A stretch of 64,000 bases of DNA from Dehalococcoidia bacterium (GTDB taxonomy: Bacteria; Chloroflexota; Dehalococcoidia; Lucifugimonadales; UBA3495). How positions within the stretch are numbered: the stretch's first letter is position 1; each line of letters begins with the position of its first letter. Of the stretch, positions 37,580-46,288 are shown in pieces. The position numbers and the translations under genes were made by a program. The notes beneath the pieces were generated by a model. That model saw only the letters and a program-made list of their open reading frames with translations. It ran no database searches and was not told where the DNA came from. Where the stretch lies: positions 92,028-156,027 of the forward strand of contig DAOUIZ010000023.1 in NCBI GenBank assembly GCA_034423195.1. Direction: 5' to 3'.

Positions 37580-37893
37580 CGGCTCTGTTCCCTCAGGCTG
37601 CGCCGGAACGCCCTCATGGCCGTGGCGATGTCCTCCTGGTCCCGGGACGTATCCCGCAAGTCCGAGGCGAACCTGCCCGCCAGAAAGAGCAGATAGTCAA
37701 AGTCCAGATCCAGCATCTCTGCCAACTGGCGGACGATGGGCTCACCGGGAGGGTTGCGCCGGTCATGCTCTATGTCGTTCAGGTATTGAGGGGAGATGGA
37801 CTTGCCGTCCTCCTTCAGGATTCCGGCCGCGACCTGCTTCTGGCTCAACTTTTGGTCCTTGCGGGCTTGGGTGATCGCTTCTCCGAATGTCAT
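37576..37893 (-). CDS. capH: XRE-family HTH regulator (CapH-like)
   Basis: 105 aa. ARKDQKLSQKQVAAGI...SPQYLNDIEHDRRNP is a classic XRE HTH. It is the first gene of the CBASS operon, with GAGGAA upstream. Confidence 0.75.
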   Translation of the reverse strand: MTFGEAITQARKDQKLSQKQVAAGILKEDGKSISPQYLNDIEHDRRNPPGEPIVRQLAEMLDLDFDYLLFLAGRFASDLRDTSRDQEDIATAMRAFRRSLREQSR

Positions 37894-38040
37894 ATCGCCC
37901 GTTCCTCAAGGATAGTCTCTCTGCACCACGTCTTCCAGGAATGCGCCGGCAACCGTGGTGTGCCTAAGCATATCACCAACCCGGAGGGTAGGGTACAACG
38001 GCAGGGTAACCGTCTTCCAGAACCTCCGGTCGGGGTGAGT

Positions 38041-38625
38041 TCACTCTTGGGAGAGGGCCTTCTTCGCCGTGGCCGGCGAGCACTGCATCACCCGGGCGAT
38101 GTGCCGGAGCCCAGCTCCCTCCTGGGACATGCGTCGGCACTGCTCCACCTGCTCCGGCGTCAACGCGGGAGGCCGGCCGATGCGGCGGCCCTCCCCGCGG
38201 GCCCGGGCTTGGCCGTCCCGGATCCGCTCGCTGGTGGCGTCCACCTGGTATGCCCCCAGGGCCAGCATGGCTCGCCGGAAGTAACGGCCGGCGGCGGTGG
38301 AATCCCTGGTGTCGATGTTCTCCCGTATGGCCACGATGCTGACGCCCATGTTGATCAGCTCGGCCTGGATGCGGACCCCCTCTTCGAAGTTGCGGCTGAA
38401 CCGGTCGAGGAAGGCGACCACGATGGTGTCCCCGGGCCGGACCACCTCCATCAGGTCCTGCCAGCCGGAGCGGGCCAGGGAGCGGCCGCTGGCGGCGTCC
38501 TGGTAGACCAGGTTGGGACGTACGCCGTGGTTGTCCAGGAGCCGGAGCTGGGTCTCCAGGTTCTTCGCCTCATCGTCGGCCTTGCTGACCCGGGCGTAGC
38601 CGTAGGTTAGGGAGGGGGTGACCAT
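38041..38625 (-). CDS. serine recombinase (resolvase/invertase family)
   Basis: 194 aa. YGYARVSK catalytic Ser region, DRFSRN motif and C-terminal HTH (GRPPALTPEQVEQCRRMSQEGAGLRHIARVMQCSPATAKKAL). Confidence 0.9.
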   Translation of the reverse strand: MVTPSLTYGYARVSKADDEAKNLETQLRLLDNHGVRPNLVYQDAASGRSLARSGWQDLMEVVRPGDTIVVAFLDRFSRNFEEGVRIQAELINMGVSIVAIRENIDTRDSTAAGRYFRRAMLALGAYQVDATSERIRDGQARARGEGRRIGRPPALTPEQVEQCRRMSQEGAGLRHIARVMQCSPATAKKALSQE

Positions 38626-38653
38626 GGCGGGCTCCAGCGGCAGTAATTGAGAC

Positions 38654-38755
38654 GTTCAGAAAACGGGCGTTTTTGAACACCTTCCCAAGGCCAACTGTTC
38701 CAAGCACGGGCCGGTGTTCAAGAACTATGTTCGAGAATAGGTGTTGTTCAACAAA
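38654..38755. promoter_or_regulatory. hix/res-like recombination site region upstream of the serine recombinase
   Basis: 38654..38678 GTTCAGAAAACG-GG-CGTTTTTGAAC is an imperfect 12-2-11 palindrome with A-tract half-sites. Further GTTCAAGAAC (38716..38725), GTTCGAGAA (38729..38737) and GTTCAACAAA (38746..38755) motifs follow. Confidence 0.5.
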
Positions 38756-38904
38756 GGTGTCAAGGAATTGATGGACAGCCTTGGTCACACCTGGGAAGGA
38801 AGGGTCCCTGACATCTGGAAACATTCCCAACTCGGGGAGCGGCGAGTGCTTCCTTGCCTCCCCCTCCCGTGGTGCGGATAATCCCTCCAGAGGAGAAGCA
38901 CGAC

Positions 38905-39807
38905 ATGTTCCAACGCATCGACCCGGGCAAGCTCAACGGCAGGCAGAAGGAGATCTACAACTTCCAGAAGTCGGCGGCGCTGCTGGCCGACTACGGCTTC
39001 AACTGCATGAGGCTCACCGACGACTGGCATGGCGCGGACTTCCTCGCGCACCACTTCGATGGGAAGACCACCCTGAAGGTCCAGCTGAAGGCCCGCTTGA
39101 CGATTGACCGGAAATACTCCGGTCAGGAGATCTGGATGAACTTCCCCTCGGGCGGGACCTGGTACTTAGTCCCCCACGATGACCTGGTTGACCTGGTCGG
39201 CCAAGCCACCAACTGGTTGAACACGGCATCCTGGCGCGAACGCGGACAATACTCCAGCGCCAACCCGTCGCCGGCCCTGCTCGACAAGCTGCAGCCCTTT
39301 GCGCTGGAACCTGTTCAGGAAACGCCCGCTACGGCCGCACCGGAGCCTGACGGGGCAACCTCCCATCCCAGGAAGAACGGAGATGCCCAACCCGATGTAC
39401 GTCCCTTCCGTGGCGCGAATTCCCGACGCTGGCGGCACCCTAACCTGAGCGACGCGGCTGAAGCCTTGGAAAAGGCGGGATACGCATGCACTCCACCGCC
39501 GGGAGGACTGATGGAAACGGACATCATGGCCCGCCGGCAGGATGACGACAACGCGATCCGCGTCAGGTGCCCGGGCCGCCTCCACATCAGCAAACGACGG
39601 ATCGGGCAGGACATTCACATGGTTTTCCCAGACCAGGACGGGGTATGGTACCTGGCGCCCCACGACGAGCTGGTGACCATCGTCGGGCGCACCACGCCAT
39701 GGTTGGAGTCGCCTTCCTGGCGGGTGAAGGGTGCTTACAGTTCGGCCGCTCCGTCCCACCGGCTGCGCGACGCGATCCGGCATTTCGCCCTGAACATCAC
39801 CGGATGA
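38905..39807 (+). CDS. internally duplicated PD-(D/E)xK-like (DUF4365-like) protein of unknown function
   Basis: 300 aa. The two halves align (G-F/Y-x-C ... GQ-E/D-I-x-M-x-FP ... G-x-WYL-x-PHD-x-LV-x-x-VG ... WL ... SW ... G-x-YSSA-x-PS ... FAL). Half 1 keeps GADFLAHH...LKVQLKARL, and half 2 has lost these residues. ATG 38905 follows AGAGGAG. Confidence 0.6.
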   Translation: MFQRIDPGKLNGRQKEIYNFQKSAALLADYGFNCMRLTDDWHGADFLAHHFDGKTTLKVQLKARLTIDRKYSGQEIWMNFPSGGTWYLVPHDDLVDLVGQATNWLNTASWRERGQYSSANPSPALLDKLQPFALEPVQETPATAAPEPDGATSHPRKNGDAQPDVRPFRGANSRRWRHPNLSDAAEALEKAGYACTPPPGGLMETDIMARRQDDDNAIRVRCPGRLHISKRRIGQDIHMVFPDQDGVWYLAPHDELVTIVGRTTPWLESPSWRVKGAYSSAAPSHRLRDAIRHFALNITG

Positions 39808-40738
39808 GGCGGGAAGATCTCTGCCGCGGCGGCCAGCAGGGACCGTTCCCGTTTTTCTGTCCACATTTCTTATGCTCCGCCTTCCTCCTCCGCGAGCAGC
39901 CTATTCAGCAGGACGCGTGCTTTGAGCCGCAGGGATGACCTGGACAACCGCGCCAACCAGATGAACGCCCATTAAAGATTCTCCTGAGCCTCTGGGAAGA
40001 GCAGAGCGAGGAGGCCTTCAGGGAGGGGGGCACGGCGGCTCCATGCCGCCTCTGCGGAAGCTCCAGAAGGTCCTGGGATATTCGTCGGCCTTAGGGCGGC
40101 CCTCCTCTCTGGAAAGGTGGTATTCAGGCCCAAGGATCAGCAGGCTCCGACCTCCGGGTGAAGCACCCACCTTGAAACTGGAGGCCATCAACGGTGCCGG
40201 AGTCGCCCTATCGCAGGAAGGACCCCTTGTCCAGTCCTTTTCCGCCAGACAGAGCGGCACCGCCTACTTCCACTTCGAGTACGACCATCCCCAGTTCCAG
40301 GAGGACCGTCGCACGGCGGACCTTACCCTGGTGGAGGGCTACGAGGATGGGTTCGCCTACGCCACCCAGGCCTATGAACTGGAAGTGCAGGGGATTCATG
40401 TGGGGGGAACTGGAGATTGCCCATCGGCCCCGGGGACGGCTCGGTGTGTATAGCAGGGGGCCACTGGGCCGTCCTTCTTGATGGGGGAGGAAACAGGGTG
40501 GCGGAGGCCCAGTGGGTGGTGACCCCGTAGAAACGCAAGTGCAACGACCAGAGATGAACCTCCCTCTTGGGCCGGCTGGCGGCACTCGGGTTTCTCAGGT
40601 GCCTTCCGACGAGAAGGAGCTTGGGCCGCCGGCAGCAATGCATTTCCAGAGAAGTTGCTTTTCGGGTGCGGTTGCTCTCGGGTTGGTATAGGATGGTTTG
40701 GCCGCGGGTCTGCGGAGGATGGTCGGCCCTAGAGGTTC

Positions 40739-42013
40739 ATGTTCAACCGAAAATCACCCATGTCCCTGCTTTGGGCCGCAGTCGGATTGTTCCTGTTGTC
40801 AGCAGCATGTGGCCCCTCGGATGCGGAGCTGAACCGGATGATTGAGGAACGGGCGCGTGCCATTGTGGCCAGTGCTCCGACCGTTACCCCGCAGGCCTTC
40901 CCGAGCCCGTTGCCGACCATCACCCCTCAGACTTTTCCGACGCCGCTTCCTACCTCGACTCCGCAGCTCTTTCCCACGCCGGCACCGACCTCCACCCCCG
41001 TTCCCACCGCGACTCCCCAGCCTACGGTCACGCCAGTGCCGACTCGAAGGCCGACTCCCCGACCTACGCCCCTGCCGACTCCCACACCGACCATCGCGGA
41101 CTGGAGCGAGCGCCTGGAGTCCCACGTTGTCTTGATCAATGCGTCCAACCGCTCCGGCACCGGGTTCTTCATTCAGGACCCCGAAAGCCCCTCGGATTGG
41201 TACGTGGTCACCAACGCCCACGTCGTGGGCAGACAGGAGTTCGTCGAGGTGGGCTGGTTCTCTGATATCCCGATCAAGAGAGCGAGGGTTCTTGGCATTG
41301 ATGAGTACGCCGACGTCGCTCTTCTGGACGTGGGGCCGGATGATTTTGATTGGGTTGGTACGGGGTGGGATGGGGGCCTTCAGTATATCCGGACCCATGG
41401 CAACGGGATTGGTTTATCCACCAGCTTCCACCGTGGCACTGAGGTGATGGCCGTAGGTTATCCCGATGGCGGCGGCGGTTTGACTCTGACCTCCGGGGTC
41501 GTGTCTGCTGAAAGGGTGCTGCACCAGGCGTGCAGTGAGGGTATCCATTTCATCAAGACGGACGCCTCGATAAATCCTGGAAATAGCGGCGGACCGCTGG
41601 TCGCTACGGATGGCGGCATCATAGGGATGAACACTTGCGGGAATTTCAGCTTGGAGAACGTTGGTTACGCGCTAGCCATGGAGGAGATCCTAACTAGGTT
41701 GGAAGCTCTGAAGATGGGGCTAAACCGGTTGGCGCCCACTCCTACCCCCAAGTTTCCCGAAGCTCACTACAACGATGGGTCCTTCCTGGCCTTCTTGACC
41801 TGGAACCAAAGCGGGGATTGGTTCTATCGATCTCGGAACGACAATCCCTGCGTAACCAGGGTTCAAGAGGAAGATAGTGGTTATTCGTGGTGGGATTCTC
41901 CTAGCGATGGGATCTGCCACCATGAGGGTATGTTCAGGGGCGCCGAAGTCCTGGTCGTGGTAAGGGGCAAGACCTACATCGCAGTTGAGGTTATGCTTGC
42001 GGGTCCTCCCTGA
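40739..42013 (+). CDS. trypsin-like (S1/HtrA-type) serine protease lipoprotein without PDZ domain
   Basis: Signal peptide with lipobox LSAACG and a Pro/Thr-rich repeat linker (TPQAFPSPLPT, TPQTFPTPLPT, TPQLFPTPAPT). Catalytic blocks are VVTNAHVV, DVALLDV and NPGNSGGPLV. A ~100-aa C-terminal domain is unknown. Confidence 0.8.
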   Translation: MFNRKSPMSLLWAAVGLFLLSAACGPSDAELNRMIEERARAIVASAPTVTPQAFPSPLPTITPQTFPTPLPTSTPQLFPTPAPTSTPVPTATPQPTVTPVPTRRPTPRPTPLPTPTPTIADWSERLESHVVLINASNRSGTGFFIQDPESPSDWYVVTNAHVVGRQEFVEVGWFSDIPIKRARVLGIDEYADVALLDVGPDDFDWVGTGWDGGLQYIRTHGNGIGLSTSFHRGTEVMAVGYPDGGGGLTLTSGVVSAERVLHQACSEGIHFIKTDASINPGNSGGPLVATDGGIIGMNTCGNFSLENVGYALAMEEILTRLEALKMGLNRLAPTPTPKFPEAHYNDGSFLAFLTWNQSGDWFYRSRNDNPCVTRVQEEDSGYSWWDSPSDGICHHEGMFRGAEVLVVVRGKTYIAVEVMLAGPP

Positions 42014-42451
42014 TGCCTTGCCCCGTATACGCGACCCCGGGGACTGCATTCAGGACGCCGAGCGCCTGCGGATGAGCCAATCTAGTCGAGATGCTCTGGT
42101 TTTGTCGAAGCAGGTGATCCCGGTGCGGGACACGGCTCCTCGCGCTGGAGCCTGCGGGAAACGGTCCAATTCCCAACAATGGAACTTCCCTTGTGAGGTC
42201 ATCGAAGGAGCTCCGCCGGTGGGGACAGGAGCGGTTCGGCAGGTATGCGGGTTACGCCAAGGCGGCCCTGTTCTTCGACGACTTTGACCGTGACAGGTGA
42301 GCGATCCCGCTGGTCCGATGCCCTCATAGCGGCAACCTGATTGGCCTTGACCTGCCCGAGGGTTAAACTCAGGTGGGGAACCCTTGGGAACGAGTGCGGC
42401 CCCACAACCCGAAGACGTGCCATTCGATGATGCGAGCTACGGAGGTCAAGG

Positions 42452-44839
42452 TTGGGCGCCAGGATTACCCGGGAAGGATCCGAGAACATCTACGCGGCGG
42501 CCCAGGGATGGGTTGACGCCGCCCTCCGCAGCGACTCCTCACTGTTCACACCTGGGCAGGCCATCTGGTCGGCCGGTTGGCTCAGGGAACTCCGAGAGCG
42601 GTTTCTGGACCGGCCGGACACATCGAAGAGGAGGTTCCTGGAGAAGCTGCGGGAGCAGCTGAATGGCAGCCCTCCCGAGATCCACCAGCTCATGGCGGAA
42701 GCCCTCTACTTCCACCGGCTCATCGTGACCACCAGGGACGGGACCGCCAAGCGGCGAGACGTCGAAACGGTGCTGGGTTGGTCTCCATCCCCGGTACCGG
42801 TCCCCGAGCACCTGGTGCGGGCCCTGACCCCCGGTATCGCCAACACCGGGCAGTATTTCCACGTGAAGCGGCCCAACCAGGTCGGGTTCCTGCTGGAGTT
42901 CGTGGAGCAGTGGAAGGAACTGGAAGCCGGTGAGCAGGACGGCCTGCTCGACGACCCCTGGGCGTTCAAGAACTTCATGCTGGCGCGGGAGTTCCGCTGC
43001 AGGACGCTGGTGGACGAACCCAACAGCTACCGGGCCCAGAGGGAAGCCCTGCTCCACCTGGTCTTCCCCGACGTCTTCGAGGGCATCGTTTCCACCAACC
43101 ACAAGCAATGGATCGCCGGGGCCTTCGCCAAGTTCATTGAAGAGCCGGCAGAGGATGTGGACCGGCTGCTGGCCCAGATCCGGCCGGAGATCGAGGCCCG
43201 GTACGGCGACATGGACTATGTGCATTACCTTCCCCAGGTGAGAAGCCTGTGGGACGCCAGATACTCGGCGGACCTCTGGAACGGGTTCATCCAGCGGGCC
43301 CAGGAGTACTGCGCCTCCGGCCGGCTGGACGAGGAGGAGATTGGTTACAAGCTGGAGATAGGCAGCAAGCTGGCGGAGGCCCGACGGGCGGTGATGGCAG
43401 AAGCCGAGGGTTGGGCTGACCTCGTGAAGAGGGGCATCGGCGGGAACCTGGTCCATCGCGTCGAGCAGGCGAAGTTTCGGGGCTGGCTTGACGAGTCCCC
43501 GGGCGAGTCCCTGTTCGCCCTGCAGATGCTTTGGGAAGGAGAGGAGGACAACCCGGGCGAGCGCATCGACGCCTTCGGCGAACTGCTTCCGTCTCAAGCC
43601 AGCAGCGGCCCCGGGACCAGGACAACCCTATCATCCGTCCTGCTGATGGGACTGGGCGTGGAGCAGTATCCCCCCTTCCGGGTGAACGTGTTCAACTCGG
43701 GGTACCGGCAGACTGGGTACGGCGAGCCGGGGGCCGGAGCCGGCGAAGCGGAGCTGTACGAGTGGTCGCTGGACTTCCTGGACCGGTTCATCGAGGAGGC
43801 CTCCAACCGGGGCCTGGAGCTGCGCCACCGGCTCGATGCCCAGTCGGTGCTGTGGGCCCTGGCCGCCGAAGGAGAAGAGCCCGGCAAGAGAAGTCCAGCC
43901 GGCGGTCAAGAGGAGGAACCCGAACCTCCGGCTGCGCCCGACCTGGACGCCCTGGCAGTGGAGACCCACCTTCCGGTGGAGTTCCTGGAGAATATCCGGC
44001 GGTTATTGGAGGACAAGAAGCAGGTCATCTTCCAGGGCCCGCCCGGCACGGGCAAAACGTTCGTCGCCCAGGCCCTGGCTGAGACCTTGGCCGGGTCGAA
44101 GGACCGGGTCACGCTGATCCAGTTCCACCCCGACTACGCCTACGAGCAGTTCATCCAGGGCTACCGTCCCCGGACGACCGACTCGGGCCAGATCACCTGG
44201 CAGGTCCAGAACGGCACCCTGCTGGATGTCGCGGAGCAGGCAGCGCAGGACCCTGGACGACACCCCCATTTCCTGGTGATCGACGAGATAAACCGGGGCA
44301 ACCTGGCCAAGGTGTTCGGGGAGCTGTACTTCCTCCTCGAGTACCGGCAGCGGACGATGCGACTGCACTATTCGAAGGAGCCCTTCTCCCTGCCCGGCAA
44401 CCTCTTCATCATCGGGACCATGAACACGGCCGACCGCTCCATCGCACTGGTGGATCTCGCCCTCCGCCGCCGCTTCCACTTCGTGGAGTTCCACCCGGAC
44501 GACCTTCCCGTCAAGGAAGTGCTGCGGAGTTATCTCACGGACAAGGCTCCGGGCATGGAGTGGGTGGCTGGTGTGGTTGACCGGGCCAACGAGTTGCTGC
44601 TGGAGGACCGGCACGCCGCCATCGGTCCCAGCTACTTCATGAAAGCGGACCTGGACGAGGAAGCCGTCCAGCGCATCTGGGACCACAACGTGCGGCCCTA
44701 TATCCAGGAGCTGCTCTTCGGCTACGGCGGCAGCCGGCTGGAGGAGTTCACCCTGGAGAACCTCCGGCGGGGGAGGACTGCCGGCGGTGCTGGGGATGAC
44801 GGTGAAGTAGTCCCTGAAAGCGGCCCACGTGAGGAGTAA
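42452..44839 (+). CDS. mcrB: McrB-like AAA+ GTPase with ~500-aa uncharacterised N-terminal region
   Basis: GPPGTGKTF Walker A, FLVIDEINRGN Walker B, IIGTMNTADRS and LRRRFHFVEF are McrB/AAA_5 hallmarks. TTG 42452 lies 6 nt after GGAGG. Confidence 0.85.
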   Translation: MGARITREGSENIYAAAQGWVDAALRSDSSLFTPGQAIWSAGWLRELRERFLDRPDTSKRRFLEKLREQLNGSPPEIHQLMAEALYFHRLIVTTRDGTAKRRDVETVLGWSPSPVPVPEHLVRALTPGIANTGQYFHVKRPNQVGFLLEFVEQWKELEAGEQDGLLDDPWAFKNFMLAREFRCRTLVDEPNSYRAQREALLHLVFPDVFEGIVSTNHKQWIAGAFAKFIEEPAEDVDRLLAQIRPEIEARYGDMDYVHYLPQVRSLWDARYSADLWNGFIQRAQEYCASGRLDEEEIGYKLEIGSKLAEARRAVMAEAEGWADLVKRGIGGNLVHRVEQAKFRGWLDESPGESLFALQMLWEGEEDNPGERIDAFGELLPSQASSGPGTRTTLSSVLLMGLGVEQYPPFRVNVFNSGYRQTGYGEPGAGAGEAELYEWSLDFLDRFIEEASNRGLELRHRLDAQSVLWALAAEGEEPGKRSPAGGQEEEPEPPAAPDLDALAVETHLPVEFLENIRRLLEDKKQVIFQGPPGTGKTFVAQALAETLAGSKDRVTLIQFHPDYAYEQFIQGYRPRTTDSGQITWQVQNGTLLDVAEQAAQDPGRHPHFLVIDEINRGNLAKVFGELYFLLEYRQRTMRLHYSKEPFSLPGNLFIIGTMNTADRSIALVDLALRRRFHFVEFHPDDLPVKEVLRSYLTDKAPGMEWVAGVVDRANELLLEDRHAAIGPSYFMKADLDEEAVQRIWDHNVRPYIQELLFGYGGSRLEEFTLENLRRGRTAGGAGDDGEVVPESGPREE

Positions 44840-44855
44840 CAAGGCCAGCCCGCCG

Positions 44856-46073
44856 ATGCGGGAGATCAACCTCAAGGAGTACAGACCCAGCGCCCCCCTG
44901 CCTCTCTCGGCGGTGGATCGGGATGCGCTACAGGCGGCGCTACCTTCGGTGACCGTCGAGCCCGTCCCGGGAACCGAGGGGACCTACCGACTGACTCCGG
45001 GCTCTTGGGTAGGAGCAGCGGAAATCGGTGGGTTGTCCGTGGTCATCGAGCCGAAGATCGGCATCGGGAACCTGCTGTCCCTGGCCTGCTACGCCGTCAG
45101 CAGGATCAGGTTCGACCAGAGGGACTTTGGCTTTCCCGAGGAGTACGCCCTGCCGGACGTCCTGGCACTGTCGCTGACCGCCCAGGCCCGCTGGGCCTTC
45201 GCCCACGGACTGCTCCATGGCTACCGGGTCGAGGAGCGGGCATTGCTCACCGTGCGGGGACGAGTCCGTCTGGAAGAGCAGATACGCCGCCGGTTCGACT
45301 TCCCCATGCCGCTGGAGATGCGGTACGACGAGTTCACCGGCGACATCCTGCCCAACCAGCTGGTCAAGGCGGCAGCCCACCGGCTGGCCCGCACCCGCCT
45401 GCGGTCCCGGGGAGCACGACGCGATCTGGGCTGGGTTGCCGGAACGCTTGCGGATGTTTCCCTCCGGGAGTTTCCCCCATCCAGGGTGCCGGAGGTGGCC
45501 TTCGACCGGCTGAACGACCACTACAGGGGAGTGGTGGCGCTGTCTAGGCTCATCCTCAGGCACGGGGCCTTCGAGGCAGGACGGGGAGCGGTCCGGGCCA
45601 GCGGCTTCCTGATGGACATGAACGCCGTCTTCCAGGAGTTCCTGACCCAGGCTCTCCGCGAGGAATTTGACGCCTCCCCGCGGACGCTGCAGTCCGACCG
45701 GGAGCTCAACAGGCTGACTCTGGACCGGGGACGCAGGGTGAGGCTGGAGCCCGACCTGACCTGGTGGGATGGCTCCACCTGTACCTTTGTGGGAGACGCC
45801 AAGTACAAGAACCTGACCGGCCGTCGCGTGCCCAACAGCGACCTCTACCAGATGCTCTCCTACGCCACCGCCCTGGACCTGCCCGGGGGCCTCCTGGTCT
45901 ATGCCCAGGGCGAGGTGGACGATGAGTCCTACGAAGTCCGCCACAGCGGCAAACGGCTGGCGGTGGCCTCCCTGGACCTTTCCGGAACCCTCGACCAGAT
46001 CCTGAAAAGGGTCCGGAGGATTGCAGGTCAGGTGGTCCTGCTTCGCGACGCAGCCCGTCGTGCTGGAACCTGA
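44856..46073 (+). CDS. mcrC: McrC-like PD-(D/E)xK endonuclease subunit
   Basis: 405 aa, immediately after mcrB. C-terminal LEPDLTWW...FVGDAKYK nuclease motif. Start set at ATG 44856 (MREINLKEY). Confidence 0.85.
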   Translation: MREINLKEYRPSAPLPLSAVDRDALQAALPSVTVEPVPGTEGTYRLTPGSWVGAAEIGGLSVVIEPKIGIGNLLSLACYAVSRIRFDQRDFGFPEEYALPDVLALSLTAQARWAFAHGLLHGYRVEERALLTVRGRVRLEEQIRRRFDFPMPLEMRYDEFTGDILPNQLVKAAAHRLARTRLRSRGARRDLGWVAGTLADVSLREFPPSRVPEVAFDRLNDHYRGVVALSRLILRHGAFEAGRGAVRASGFLMDMNAVFQEFLTQALREEFDASPRTLQSDRELNRLTLDRGRRVRLEPDLTWWDGSTCTFVGDAKYKNLTGRRVPNSDLYQMLSYATALDLPGGLLVYAQGEVDDESYEVRHSGKRLAVASLDLSGTLDQILKRVRRIAGQVVLLRDAARRAGT

Positions 46074-46288
46074 GGGAAGCTCGGGATTGAACTGCCCAGG
46101 CGTTCCGCAAACGGGGAGTATGGAACATCCCTACTTGCGGAACACTTTCCCGTTCCACAACGCGTTCCCTAACCGTGTTCTCCGGACAGCCGCGGTACTG
46201 ACGAGGTGATCCTGGGGACATCCTGGGCAGACCTATAGCCCCCGGAAAATACACATATCACCGGGAGGCTTTGGCACACGGCTCCTGA

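Noticed and set aside
40043-40453. 136-aa plus-strand ORF (…TLKLEAINGAGVALSQEGPLVQSFSARQSGTAYFHFEYDHPQFQ…)
   Set aside because: The second half looks protein-like, but there is no RBS, no recognisable family and an implausible N-terminus. It may be a gene fragment in the degraded 39.8-40.7 kb stretch, and support is not enough to call it.
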